A program made the position numbers and the translations under genes. This document shows positions 20,387-29,896 of a DNA stretch of 64,000 nucleotides, one piece after another (positions within the stretch are counted from its first letter, which is position 1; the number at the start of each line of letters is the position of its first letter). Origin of the DNA: Candidatus Sulfomarinibacteraceae bacterium (lineage in GTDB: Bacteria; Acidobacteriota; Thermoanaerobaculia; Thermoanaerobaculales; Sulfomarinibacteraceae). The stretch is from positions 448,001-512,000 of the forward strand of contig CAWCLO010000001.1 of assembly GCA_963796455.1 (NCBI GenBank). The letters run 5' to 3'. The notes under the pieces were generated by a model. That model was given only the letters and a program-made list of their open reading frames with translations, was not told the DNA's origin and did not search any database.

Positions 20387-22092
20387 GGGCCACTCGCAGA
20401 GTCACCGTCGCGGCCATTCTGATCGGTGTGGCCGTGCTGCTGCCCACCGCGGCATGGTTTGTCTCAGGGTCGCGCGATGTTGCTCGGCGGGCGGCAAGCC
20501 TGGCCGCCGAAGCCGAAAGCCGGCTCAGATCCGAAATCGAACGTGAGGCCGACCGTCTCGGAGCCCGACTCGAGAATCTTCGCGCCCAGGAATCCGAACG
20601 CCCGTTTTTTCATTACCAGACCCTGTACCACGACCCCCGTGGCGCAGCCGAGGGCCTTTCGGTCACCCCATCGCCGCTAACCGCCGGAACCACCGATCCG
20701 CTGGTTCGTGCCCATTTTCAAATTGACGAGACCGGTGCGGTCAATCTGCCGTCGGTGAGCGAACGCTTCCCGGAACTGACGACAGGCGCAGATTTCGGCG
20801 CCTTGTGCGATCTGCTTTCCGAACTCCAGGATGCGGTGGTGCTGGCCGACGACCAGAGCCGTGCGGCGGCGGCCGTAGATGACGAACGGGTCCTGACCAT
20901 GACCGGCTATGAATGGGAGCAGATCGCGCTCGCGGATTCGGTCTATGCCACCATCACCGGCCGCCAGAACGATGCGACCGAGCCCGCACCGGCGGAGGCC
21001 GGCGTCGGAAGGGTCGCGGTTCGTGTGCGGTCGCTCCGCTGGCAGACCATGTTGTTGATCAGCGGACCGACCTTGGCAGCGGTGAGGGAAGTCCACACAC
21101 CTGTCGGCGTCGTTCTTCAGGGTTTTGCGGTCGCACCGGAGGCTGTTTCGCAATGGCTCTCCGCGGGCGCACTGGATCTGCGGTTTTCCGCGAGCCCGAT
21201 CGAGGCCGCCGATTCGATCATGGTGCTGGTCGGCGAAACGGGTTGGAATGTCTCTGCCTCGGCATCAGCAGCCCGCGAAGAGGCCGCACTGCAGGCCCGT
21301 GAGCTGGTTTCAGATTTTCACAGAAATTTCGCCATGCTCGGTCTGGCCGTCCTCCTGGCTGCCGCAGCGGTGGTGTGGATCCTCTTTCAGATCGACAGCC
21401 TTGCGACTCAGCGAGCCCGTTTTGCGGCGGCCGCAGCCCATGAACTCAAGACACCCTTGTCGGGTCTGCTGCTTCATTCGGAAATGTTGGCCGAAAACCT
21501 CGGAGATCCGGAACACCGCCAGAAGTACGCCGAAACGGTAACCAACGAAGCCGGCCGGCTCGGCCGGGTCATCAGCAATATGCTGGACCTCGCTCGCCTG
21601 GAAAGAGGTGGGTTGGTCGCCCAGGTGAGCGACGGTGACATCGGCCGGGTTGTCCGGGCGCGTATCGACCACGCACGAACACGGCTCGAAGAAGCGGGCG
21701 TCCAGATCGTGCTCGAGATTCCTCCGGATCGGACGTCGGCTCGCTTTGACGACGACGCCACCGGACAGATCCTCGACAATCTCCTGGATAACGCCGAAAA
21801 ACACACCCGCGGAATGACCGGTCGAACGATCCGCGTCGGTCTGTCAGAGGCCGCTTCGATATTCAGGGTGGAAGTGGCCGACAACGGTCCCGGCATCCCT
21901 CGAAACGCTCGACGAAGCCTCTTCAAACCATTCAATCGGCCGGCCTCGGCGGATGGCACCGCTGGTCTCGGTCTCGGGCTCGCCCTCGCCCGCAGCCTGG
22001 CCCGCGCGCAGGGCGGCGATCTCGCACTCGACCCTCACCACACCGTCGGCGCCACCTTTGTGCTCACCGTGCCGAAGTCCACAACAGCCTAA
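20383..22092 (+). CDS. Membrane sensor histidine kinase
   Basis: Two TM segments; AHELKTPL H-box, NLLDNA, DNGPG and GLGLAL. Confidence 0.93.
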   Translation: MRATRRVTVAAILIGVAVLLPTAAWFVSGSRDVARRAASLAAEAESRLRSEIEREADRLGARLENLRAQESERPFFHYQTLYHDPRGAAEGLSVTPSPLTAGTTDPLVRAHFQIDETGAVNLPSVSERFPELTTGADFGALCDLLSELQDAVVLADDQSRAAAAVDDERVLTMTGYEWEQIALADSVYATITGRQNDATEPAPAEAGVGRVAVRVRSLRWQTMLLISGPTLAAVREVHTPVGVVLQGFAVAPEAVSQWLSAGALDLRFSASPIEAADSIMVLVGETGWNVSASASAAREEAALQARELVSDFHRNFAMLGLAVLLAAAAVVWILFQIDSLATQRARFAAAAAHELKTPLSGLLLHSEMLAENLGDPEHRQKYAETVTNEAGRLGRVISNMLDLARLERGGLVAQVSDGDIGRVVRARIDHARTRLEEAGVQIVLEIPPDRTSARFDDDATGQILDNLLDNAEKHTRGMTGRTIRVGLSEAASIFRVEVADNGPGIPRNARRSLFKPFNRPASADGTAGLGLGLALARSLARAQGGDLALDPHHTVGATFVLTVPKSTTA

Positions 22093-22113
22093 GGAAGATG
22101 CTGGATGCAGGAC

Positions 22114-22617
22114 CACTCCTGCCAGGTGTGAGTTCGGGCAGCGAACAGTGGCCAGCGGCAGCGGCAGAGAGCAGCGACAGCGACAGTTGGCAGCGACAGT
22201 GTCCAGGGGGCAGGGACAGCGAACAGTGGCCAGGTGCAGTGACGGCGAGGCCACCTCCGGGTCGTTCAAAAGAAGGGGTAGCCGGTGGGCGGCCGATTCG
22301 GTAGAGACCGATTGAACCACTGGAGAATCGCCTACGCCTCGGCCAAAGAGGTCGACAGCCACTTGGAACTCCTCGCCCACGCCGGGGCGATCAGCCCGAA
22401 GGGAGCCAGTGAAGCGATGCACGCTTTCGATCAAGTCCGCGCGATGACCTGGCGACTGTTGAACCCGACGAAGTGAGAGCTTTTCACCGGCGCTGTCGCT
22501 GCCCCGGCGCTGATTGCTGACGCTGGTGACTGAACGCTGCCGCTGACTCCTGCTCGCTGTCGCTGAATTCTGTCGCTGTCCCTGTACGATATCGAAACTC
22601 TGTCTTGGACAAGAGTG
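22114..22617 (+). mobile_element. Deleted copy of the CACT-TIR element retaining the 3' half of the four-helix-bundle gene (about 22291-22476)
   Basis: GRFGRDRLNHWRIAYASAKEVDSHLELL...WRLLNPTK matches the 63 kb copy; ends CACTCCTGCCA and TTGGACAAGAGTG; flanked by GATGCTG / CAGCATC arrays. Confidence 0.85.
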
Positions 22618-22688
22618 ATCCTGCATCCGCATCGCAGCATCCAGCATCCAGCATCCAGTGATTGTCCCCTGCTGTTTGCGGTTCTACC

Positions 22689-23627
22689 TCAGCCTCCCCC
22701 GCCATCAATTACCTGGGTATTGGGGTAAAAATTCGACCAGGCAAACCAGAAGACGGAGGTCACGGGGATGCTTTCCTGCTTTGATTCCGACCCGGCCGCC
22801 GATTGAATATGGGCCCTGACTCCGCCATCGGCCGCCCGGTTGAAAACCACCGACGTCCCACCCAGATCCACGGTGATCGGTTCGCCGGCCGCGAGGGCTT
22901 CCTCGGTCACCGCCACCGCATGGGGACCGAGGGTTGCCCCGTAAACCAGGGTCTTTCCCGCCATCTGTTCGTGCAACCATTGGGCTCGGAATAGACCCAT
23001 TCGATCGGGGTTGTCGAAATATTTCTGATAGTGAGAAGACCGCACTTCTTCACTCTTTTTCAGCAGGGTCGTGTCGGGATGGGCGCGATACCAGTCCTCC
23101 CACCTCGTCTGTACCGAATCGAGGACTTGAAGCTGGGTGCCCTGGTGGGGTCCCTTGAGTGCGCGACCGGTGATATGACTCCACCAGGTCTCCGTCTCTC
23201 GGTCGAGCATGATCAGGCTATTTCGCCACAACATTCCCGAAACCTGGAAAGTGTAGGTATTCGATCGCAGCGTGCGGGCGTAGACCACGCCCGTGTGACA
23301 GAGAGGTCACCAGGTGGCGGCGATGGCGGTTCCCGCCAGCTCGTCGTTGACGATTTCATGGGCATCGAGATGCCACAGCGAGTACGCTCGCGCCTTGCCG
23401 CCGATCACGATGCCCAGGACCGGCTCGTCACTGTCCATCTGCGCGTCGGCGGCGTCTCCGATGAGGAATTCGGGCTCGTCAATTGCCGGGATACCGCCCA
23501 CCGGGAGGAGTCTGTAAACATCGTCCCCGGCTAGTGTCGTCACAACCTCGGGCTCCGGTCGTTGGGCAAAAACGGGTTGCGCCGCAACGGTCACAATCGA
23601 ACAGACAAATACCGTCAGTAATCTCAT
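22689..23627 (-). CDS. DUF3179 family secreted selenoprotein (UGA read as Sec at 23307-23309)
   Basis: ORFs 23307..23696 and 22689..23288 are in one frame, joined as TW-TGA-PLC; HEIVND, SGMLW, DRETETWW and FWFAW motifs; GGAGAG RBS and signal peptide. Confidence 0.85.
23275..23293 (-). promoter_or_regulatory. Candidate bacterial SECIS element
   Basis: CGGGCGT-GGTCT-ACGCCCG hairpin starting 13 nt after the UGA, with a G-initiated loop. Confidence 0.75.
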
Positions 23628-23765
23628 TGAACTCTCCATGGATTCAGTGTGCTCGGGATCCGGATCGGTTACGCGATCCAAGCGCACGAGATGCAAGGGA
23701 CTATAGCGCCTGAGACAACCCGGCCCTCTGCCGGTTTCTTCCGCGCCGCCCGACCCGACGAGAAT

Positions 23766-25493
23766 TCAGCCCTTTTCGGGAGCCGAAATATAACCGAGAC
23801 GATCGAGGCAGAGGAGCACTTCACGGGCCGCTTCCGAGGGAGTCAGAATGGCGGTGTTGATGACCACGTCGGCGTCGGCCGGTTCCTGATAGGGATCGGA
23901 GACGCCGGTGAATTCCTTGATGATGCCGGCCCGGGCCTTGGCATACATTCCCTTGCGGTCTCTCGCCTCACAGACTTCGATCGGCGTCGACACGTGGACC
24001 AATACGAATCCACCGCATGGCTCCACCATCTCGCGGACCTCCCGCCTGACGACGTCGTAGGGAGCGATGGGAGCACAGATCGCGACTCCGCCGGCACGGG
24101 TGATTTCCGCCGCCACAAAACCGATCCGGCGGATGTTGAGATCACGATGTTCCTTGGAAAAACCGAGATTTGACGAAAGATTGGCGCGGACCAGATCGCC
24201 ATCGAGCAGCGACACCCCACGGCCCCCGATCTCGAGGAGTTTGATCCGTAATACGTTGGCGACGGTGGATTTTCCCGATCCCGACAAACCGGTCAAAAAA
24301 ACGGTAAAACCCTGGGCGGCGCGAGTTGGATGGCGGCGGTGGAGCTCCTCGGCAACCGATGGATAGGTGAACCACGAAGGAATTTCGCGGCCGTCCTCGA
24401 GCCTGCGGCGGATTTCGACCGGATCGATGGACATGACCCGGCTCCCCTCCGGAACCGCCTCGGCATTCGTGAAACTTTGACTGTCTTCAAGATAAATCAT
24501 CGAGCGCGCCGGCACCCATCCGACAACGAGTTCTTCCGCATATTCATCGAAGACGGCGGCCACCTCGTTCGCCTCGTAGGTCGGAGCACCGAGAGTCTCG
24601 AGGATCGAGCCGGCCCCGTTCTTGTCCACCATCAGGTGGGTGCAGCCATAGTTCTTGTGAACGATCGCGTGGAGCAATGCTTCGTTTTCGCCCCCACCCC
24701 TCAGCGCCATGGGAAGCAGATTGAGCCGCGCCATGGTTTTCGGAAAATGGGGCATCAATGCCTGATAGCACCTGATGCGCGTGTGGTGGTCCGCATCGCC
24801 GGGCAGCCCCCGCCCCACGACCGGGTGGATCAGGAGATTCGAGCCGGTCTCCCTGGCCGCCTCGACGGTCATGGCCAGCTGCGCTTTGTGAATAGTTCGG
24901 TGGGTCTGAAATGCGATGACACGGCGCCAGCCCAGACGAGAAAACTCTCGTCGCAGTTCCCGTGGCGTCAGACGCAGCTCGCGGTAGTCAAAATGAAGCG
25001 GCAGCTGCAGACCTTCAATCCGGCCCGCTACAGAATGCCGGGTCGCACGATGGAGATGCTGCGCGATCTCGGGCCGAGATCTGTCGTCGGAACCAAACAG
25101 TGCCAGGACTTCGGCGTCACGATCCGGTTTGAAGATTTCGTCGACCACGATGGCCGCGAGCATCACGCCTTCGCCGTCCCGTAGAGCCAGGGGCGCACCG
25201 GGCTCCAGAGACCGGGCAAGCTCGTCACTGATGTCGAGGGTCACCGGGAGTGGCCACAGGGTGCCGTCCGCCAGGTGGAGATCGGCACATACCGACTGGT
25301 AATCCGCCGCTCCCATGAATCCCTGCAGCGGAGAGTACCCGCCGTTGAGTAAGAGCTCCAGATCGCAGAGCTGGCGCGGGCTGAGGTCCATCGACGGCCA
25401 CTCACGCGATTGTTCGCGTATTTCCTTCGCACGTGGCTCATCGACGATCAGGTCGACCAGCCGAGAGCCGTGGGGAGAGATGAGATGATCCAA
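23766..25493 (-). CDS. cysC: Sulfate adenylyltransferase-like domain fused to adenylylsulfate kinase
   Basis: GLSGSGKST, LLDGD, DRKGMY and FTGVSDPY kinase motifs; N-terminal ATP sulfurylase fold (PHG, GYSPLQGFM); TTG start after GGAG. Confidence 0.88.
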   Translation of the reverse strand: MDHLISPHGSRLVDLIVDEPRAKEIREQSREWPSMDLSPRQLCDLELLLNGGYSPLQGFMGAADYQSVCADLHLADGTLWPLPVTLDISDELARSLEPGAPLALRDGEGVMLAAIVVDEIFKPDRDAEVLALFGSDDRSRPEIAQHLHRATRHSVAGRIEGLQLPLHFDYRELRLTPRELRREFSRLGWRRVIAFQTHRTIHKAQLAMTVEAARETGSNLLIHPVVGRGLPGDADHHTRIRCYQALMPHFPKTMARLNLLPMALRGGGENEALLHAIVHKNYGCTHLMVDKNGAGSILETLGAPTYEANEVAAVFDEYAEELVVGWVPARSMIYLEDSQSFTNAEAVPEGSRVMSIDPVEIRRRLEDGREIPSWFTYPSVAEELHRRHPTRAAQGFTVFLTGLSGSGKSTVANVLRIKLLEIGGRGVSLLDGDLVRANLSSNLGFSKEHRDLNIRRIGFVAAEITRAGGVAICAPIAPYDVVRREVREMVEPCGGFVLVHVSTPIEVCEARDRKGMYAKARAGIIKEFTGVSDPYQEPADADVVINTAILTPSEAAREVLLCLDRLGYISAPEKG

Positions 25494-25619
25494 TAGTGTC
25501 TCCGAGGCGCGAGATTGTAACGCACCTTGTCGTGATTTCCTGCCTCGACGAACTCCATTCCCAATTTTCGGCGACCGCCCGAGGGGCGAGCGCGGAAACA
25601 AAAGGAGGTAGAAGAGTCA

Positions 25620-26093
25620 CTACACCAGAACCGGCATCCTCCAGGTCGGGGTGTACTGAAAGATCAACCGGGTCTGGATGTGGTCCACCTCGTCGCGGGT
25701 GGTGAAGGAATCCAGCGCGAGATCTCTCAGATGATCAGAATCTCGCACCGCCACGTGAACCAGAAAGTCATCCCCGCCGGTGACGTGGAAGACGCTCCGC
25801 ACCTCGGCAAGCTCGACCACATAAGCCCTGAAGTCTTCCACGAGATCCCGCGAATGGCGCCGCAGCCGGACCGCGATCATCGCCTCGAGACCGACCCCGA
25901 AGGCAGCCGGATCGATTTCGGCATGGTGACCGCGCAGCACTCCGAGACGAAGCAATCGCCGAACCCGTTCGAGACAGGTGGAGGGTGCGATTCCCACCGC
26001 CTCCGCAAGTCGATTGTTCGCCACCCGAGCATCCTTTTGCAGAATCGTGAGAATGGCGAAGTCGATTCGGTCGAGATCCTCGAGGCTCTTCAT
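25620..26093 (-). CDS. Lrp/AsnC family transcriptional regulator
   Basis: LDRIDFAIL..LQKDAR HTH; HVTGGDDF; divergent from an AT-rich promoter region. Confidence 0.93.
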   Translation of the reverse strand: MKSLEDLDRIDFAILTILQKDARVANNRLAEAVGIAPSTCLERVRRLLRLGVLRGHHAEIDPAAFGVGLEAMIAVRLRRHSRDLVEDFRAYVVELAEVRSVFHVTGGDDFLVHVAVRDSDHLRDLALDSFTTRDEVDHIQTRLIFQYTPTWRMPVLV

Positions 26094-26235
26094 AAATCGA
26101 ACTATATTCGGTTTCTTGCCAGAAGCAAGAATCTTCTCTTAAAATCTAAAAGTTCCAAGAATTATTGTCGTTTTCGAGACAGATTTTCAGAATCAGAATT
26201 CGAAAACCAGATCACAAACAAAACCGGAGGTCCCA

Positions 26236-27533
26236 TGAAATTCGATCTTCTCTCGACCCGCGATATCGCCGCCATCGATGCCCTCAAGCAGCACTACGGG
26301 GGGGCGACCGCCATCAGCGAGGCCATCCGGGATCGGCGTGATCTCGCCACCAGGCTTCAACTTCTCGAAAACCAGGGATACGGTGAGATGATGGCCGATG
26401 CCACCCGATTGGTCGACCGCTTTGCAAAGATCGAAGAATTCGAAGGGTCGCTCGAATCCTCCTACCGGTCAGACTTCGGCATCGCGACTTCCCAGGTTTC
26501 CGGTTTTCAGGGCGCGAAGGTCACCCATCGTTCAATGGTGCAGATGGCCGAAAGCGCCGGGACCGATGACCCCTGCTGGGTTCCATCCGAGTTCATCTCG
26601 GTGGTGGCCTTGACCGAGAACTATGTCTACTCCGGCGATCTCATGGCGACCCTCACAATGGCCGAAAACATCATGGGTGCATCGAAATTCTGCAGCACCA
26701 ATCTGATCGGCACGCCGCTGCCGAGCCATCGATTCGCCACCCTTGAATCGATCACTGGAAAGACCTTCGAAACCATGGATCTCGGTAACGGCATGTCACA
26801 GATCATCCTCAAAAACATGGGCACCGCGTTTGGCAACCTGGGTGGTGTCGAGGTCGCGAACGACAACCACCTGGTCTATCTTGACGGCGTGATTCGCGCC
26901 GCGATGGAAACCGGCAACGATTTCTTCCTCAATCCCTCGTGGTCATCCATCATCGCGGCTTGCTATTTCGCACGGGATATTCCGAACCTCCGCTTCAAGG
27001 TCTCGATGCTCTTGTCGACTCAGAATCTCATGCAGTTCCGGATGTTGCTCAATATCATGTCGACATACCTTCGCGACGATCAGGCATCACCGATCTACGA
27101 GATCAACATCGGCAACGGCGTGTCCCCCGAAAACTTCATCCTTTGTTCGGAAGAGCTCGACCGAAGCGGGATTCGTGGTCTGAGCTTGGCGGCCCATTTA
27201 CGGATCAATCCTGATCTCGGACTGCCTGATTTCGACTGGACCGACAACGCGTTCAAGGTTCTCGAAAACGGCACCAATCTGACCTTCAAATATGAATCGG
27301 ACGGCACGGCGCGTGATTTCGACACCATGGAGGCCTACTTCATGCCGGAGGAGGAGCGGGCAAAGGTCGCCGACACCATCGGCGACGTGATCTACTACAA
27401 ATCCCTTCGCGCTTCCATGGACGGGCGTGAGATGATGCGGCGCGGCATTCGAACCCGTTTCGGGGCGGCATCCTATCGCGCAAACGCCCCGGCAGACCCG
27501 ACCCACGGAGATATGGAAGCGGCCGCAGTCTGA
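26236..27533 (+). CDS. Hypothetical protein, first gene of the Lrp-divergent operon
   Basis: 432 aa ORF with GGAGG RBS; no recognised family motif. Confidence 0.8.
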
Positions 27534-27578
27534 CGGGAATCCAGATGAGCGATTCGCCCTCGTATCAAGGAGGCAATC

Positions 27579-28799
27579 TTGAAGGATGAGTGGCGTGCGA
27601 GATTTGCGGAAAACGTCAGGGACTACCAGGGATACCTGATCGGCAAAACAATCCAGTATCTGTCCGACCCCGAGATCATCTCTCTCGCGGGCGGGCTCCC
27701 TTCACCGGATGTCTTCCAGCGCTCAGAGCTTCGACAGGCGACGGGTGAGGCCTTCGACAGGGCCATCGATCGAATCATGCAATACTCACCAATACCCGGT
27801 GAAGAAGCCTTGATCGAAGCCGTTCTGAGATTCCTGGAACGCGATCAGATCTACCTCGAACGCAATGAAATCGTCATCACGAGCGGCGGACAATCGGGGC
27901 TGGACATCACCGGTCGGTTGTTCCTCCAACCCGACGATGTGGTCCTGGTGGACCGTCCCACCTTCGCCGGCGCCCTCGTGGCCTTTCAAATGCAAAAACC
28001 TCGTTTCGTAGGCGTCAACATCGAAGAAGATGGATCGAATGTGGGGGGCATGCGAGACCGTCTCGAAGAGCTCGCCCAACAAGGCACGAAGCCAAAACTC
28101 ATCTATGTCGTGCCCGATTTCCAGAATCCCACCGGCATCACCATCAGCCACGCCAAACGGGAGGCGCTGCTCGACCTCAGCTACGAATACGACGTCCCGA
28201 TCGTCGAAGACAGCCCCTACCGCGATCTTCGCTACGCCGGAGAGACCATTCCAGCGATTTACACCCTCGACCAACAGCGAGATGGCGGACACGTCATCGG
28301 CCTGTACACATTTTCGAAGCTGTTCTGTCCCGGCATCAGAGTCGGATTCAATATCGGACCGAACGAGGTCATAACCGGGATGACCCACATCAAGGAAGGC
28401 GGGGTTCTCAACACACCGAAGTGGAACCAGGACATGTGCACCGCCTTTCTAGAGGACATGGGTCTCGAAGAACACCTCGAAAAATGTCGAGACTATTATC
28501 GCGAAAAACTCGACACATTTCTGCGTACGATGACTCAATATTTCCCGCCGGAAACAGGCGTCACATGGACCCAACCTGAAGGCGGACTTTTTTTGTGGGT
28601 TTCCGTTCCAAAGAAACTCGATACCGACGAATTATTCTTTGATGCGATAGAACATAAAGTTGCCTTCGTTCCTGGAGCTCTCTTCTATGGAGAAAATCCC
28701 GAGAAAAATCACATGAGAATCAATTTTTCTTTTGTCTCGAAAGAAGACCTCGAAGAGGCCGTCAAGCGTCTCGCTAACTGCATCAAAGGAAAACTATAA
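27579..28799 (+). CDS. PLP-dependent class I aminotransferase (LysN/ARO8-like)
   Basis: ISLAGGLP, PDFQNPTG, EDSPY, TFSK..PGIRVG and PEGGLF; AGGAGG before TTG. Confidence 0.92.
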   Translation: MKDEWRARFAENVRDYQGYLIGKTIQYLSDPEIISLAGGLPSPDVFQRSELRQATGEAFDRAIDRIMQYSPIPGEEALIEAVLRFLERDQIYLERNEIVITSGGQSGLDITGRLFLQPDDVVLVDRPTFAGALVAFQMQKPRFVGVNIEEDGSNVGGMRDRLEELAQQGTKPKLIYVVPDFQNPTGITISHAKREALLDLSYEYDVPIVEDSPYRDLRYAGETIPAIYTLDQQRDGGHVIGLYTFSKLFCPGIRVGFNIGPNEVITGMTHIKEGGVLNTPKWNQDMCTAFLEDMGLEEHLEKCRDYYREKLDTFLRTMTQYFPPETGVTWTQPEGGLFLWVSVPKKLDTDELFFDAIEHKVAFVPGALFYGENPEKNHMRINFSFVSKEDLEEAVKRLANCIKGKL

Positions 28800-28871
28800 A
28801 AATATTCTTTATCATATGTTTAACAACGAATAACCTCCATGAAAAGTCAATATTCTGAAGAGGAGCATTGT

Positions 28872-29894
28872 ATGCGTTTATTGTTTGTAGGTTTTGGAAC
28901 CGTCGCACAAGGATTGTCAGAACTTTTGATCGAAAAGAAAGACGAACTCCAGAAAGAATATGGTCTCGAATGGAGCGTCACCGGCATCGTTGATATGCTC
29001 AAAGGATCGGCCTATAATCCAGACGGGATCGATTTGGAAGAAATCATGAAATTGGTTTCTGACGGCGATTCAATTTCCGATTATTCCAAAGGCGGATGCG
29101 CCTGGAACGCACTCGAAATGATTTCCAATTGTGACGCGGACGTGATGCTCGAGCTGACCTATACCGATATCAAAAGCGGCCAACCGGCCACCGACCACAT
29201 CCGCGCCGCGCTTGCCCGCGGCATGCACGTGACCACGACCAACAAGGGCCCGCTGGCTCTTTTTTCCAATGAACTTGTGGATCTCGCCGACAGCAACCAT
29301 GTTCAGTTTCTTTTCGAAGGAACGGTCATGGCGGGAACGCCCCTCCTGAATCTCATCCGCGACACTCTCGCCGGATCCGAGATCAACGAGATGCAGGGGA
29401 TCCTCAACGGTACGACCAACTACATCCTGACCCAGATGGAAGCGGGGATGGATTACTCCGCCGCACTCGCCCAGGCCCAGGAACTCGGCTATGCCGAAGC
29501 TGTCCCGGACGCGGACGTGCTCGGTTGGGATGCCCTGGCCAAAGTGACGATTCTGGCCAACGTCGTTTTTGGCGCCTCCCTGTCACCTGACGACAGCCCG
29601 TGCACCGGCATCACCGAGATCACACCGGCGGACATCGCGGCCGCGGCTGCGGACGGAAAACGCCACAAACTGATCGGGAGGGTGTGGCGCGACGGGGATG
29701 AGGTCAAGGCCTCGGTGGCCCCTCAACTGATGGATCTGTCGCACCCGCTGGCGGGTGTGGGCGGCGCCACCAATGCCATGACCATCACCACCGACACGCT
29801 CGGAGATGTCACGATCGTCGGTCCCGGCGCGGGCCGGAGAGAGACCGGCTTCTCGCTATTGAACGATTTGATCACCATCGCGACCAGGAGCTGA
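28872..29894 (+). CDS. hom: Homoserine dehydrogenase family protein
   Basis: GFGTV, TTNKGP, GILNGTTNYIL, GYAE and GPGAG. Confidence 0.85.
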   Translation: MRLLFVGFGTVAQGLSELLIEKKDELQKEYGLEWSVTGIVDMLKGSAYNPDGIDLEEIMKLVSDGDSISDYSKGGCAWNALEMISNCDADVMLELTYTDIKSGQPATDHIRAALARGMHVTTTNKGPLALFSNELVDLADSNHVQFLFEGTVMAGTPLLNLIRDTLAGSEINEMQGILNGTTNYILTQMEAGMDYSAALAQAQELGYAEAVPDADVLGWDALAKVTILANVVFGASLSPDDSPCTGITEITPADIAAAAADGKRHKLIGRVWRDGDEVKASVAPQLMDLSHPLAGVGGATNAMTITTDTLGDVTIVGPGAGRRETGFSLLNDLITIATRS

Positions 29895-29896
29895 AG

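Noticed and set aside
23307..23309. DUF3179 gene as a nonsense pseudogene
   Set aside because: The TGA falls at a CxxC cysteine position and is followed by a SECIS-like hairpin, so selenocysteine is the better explanation.
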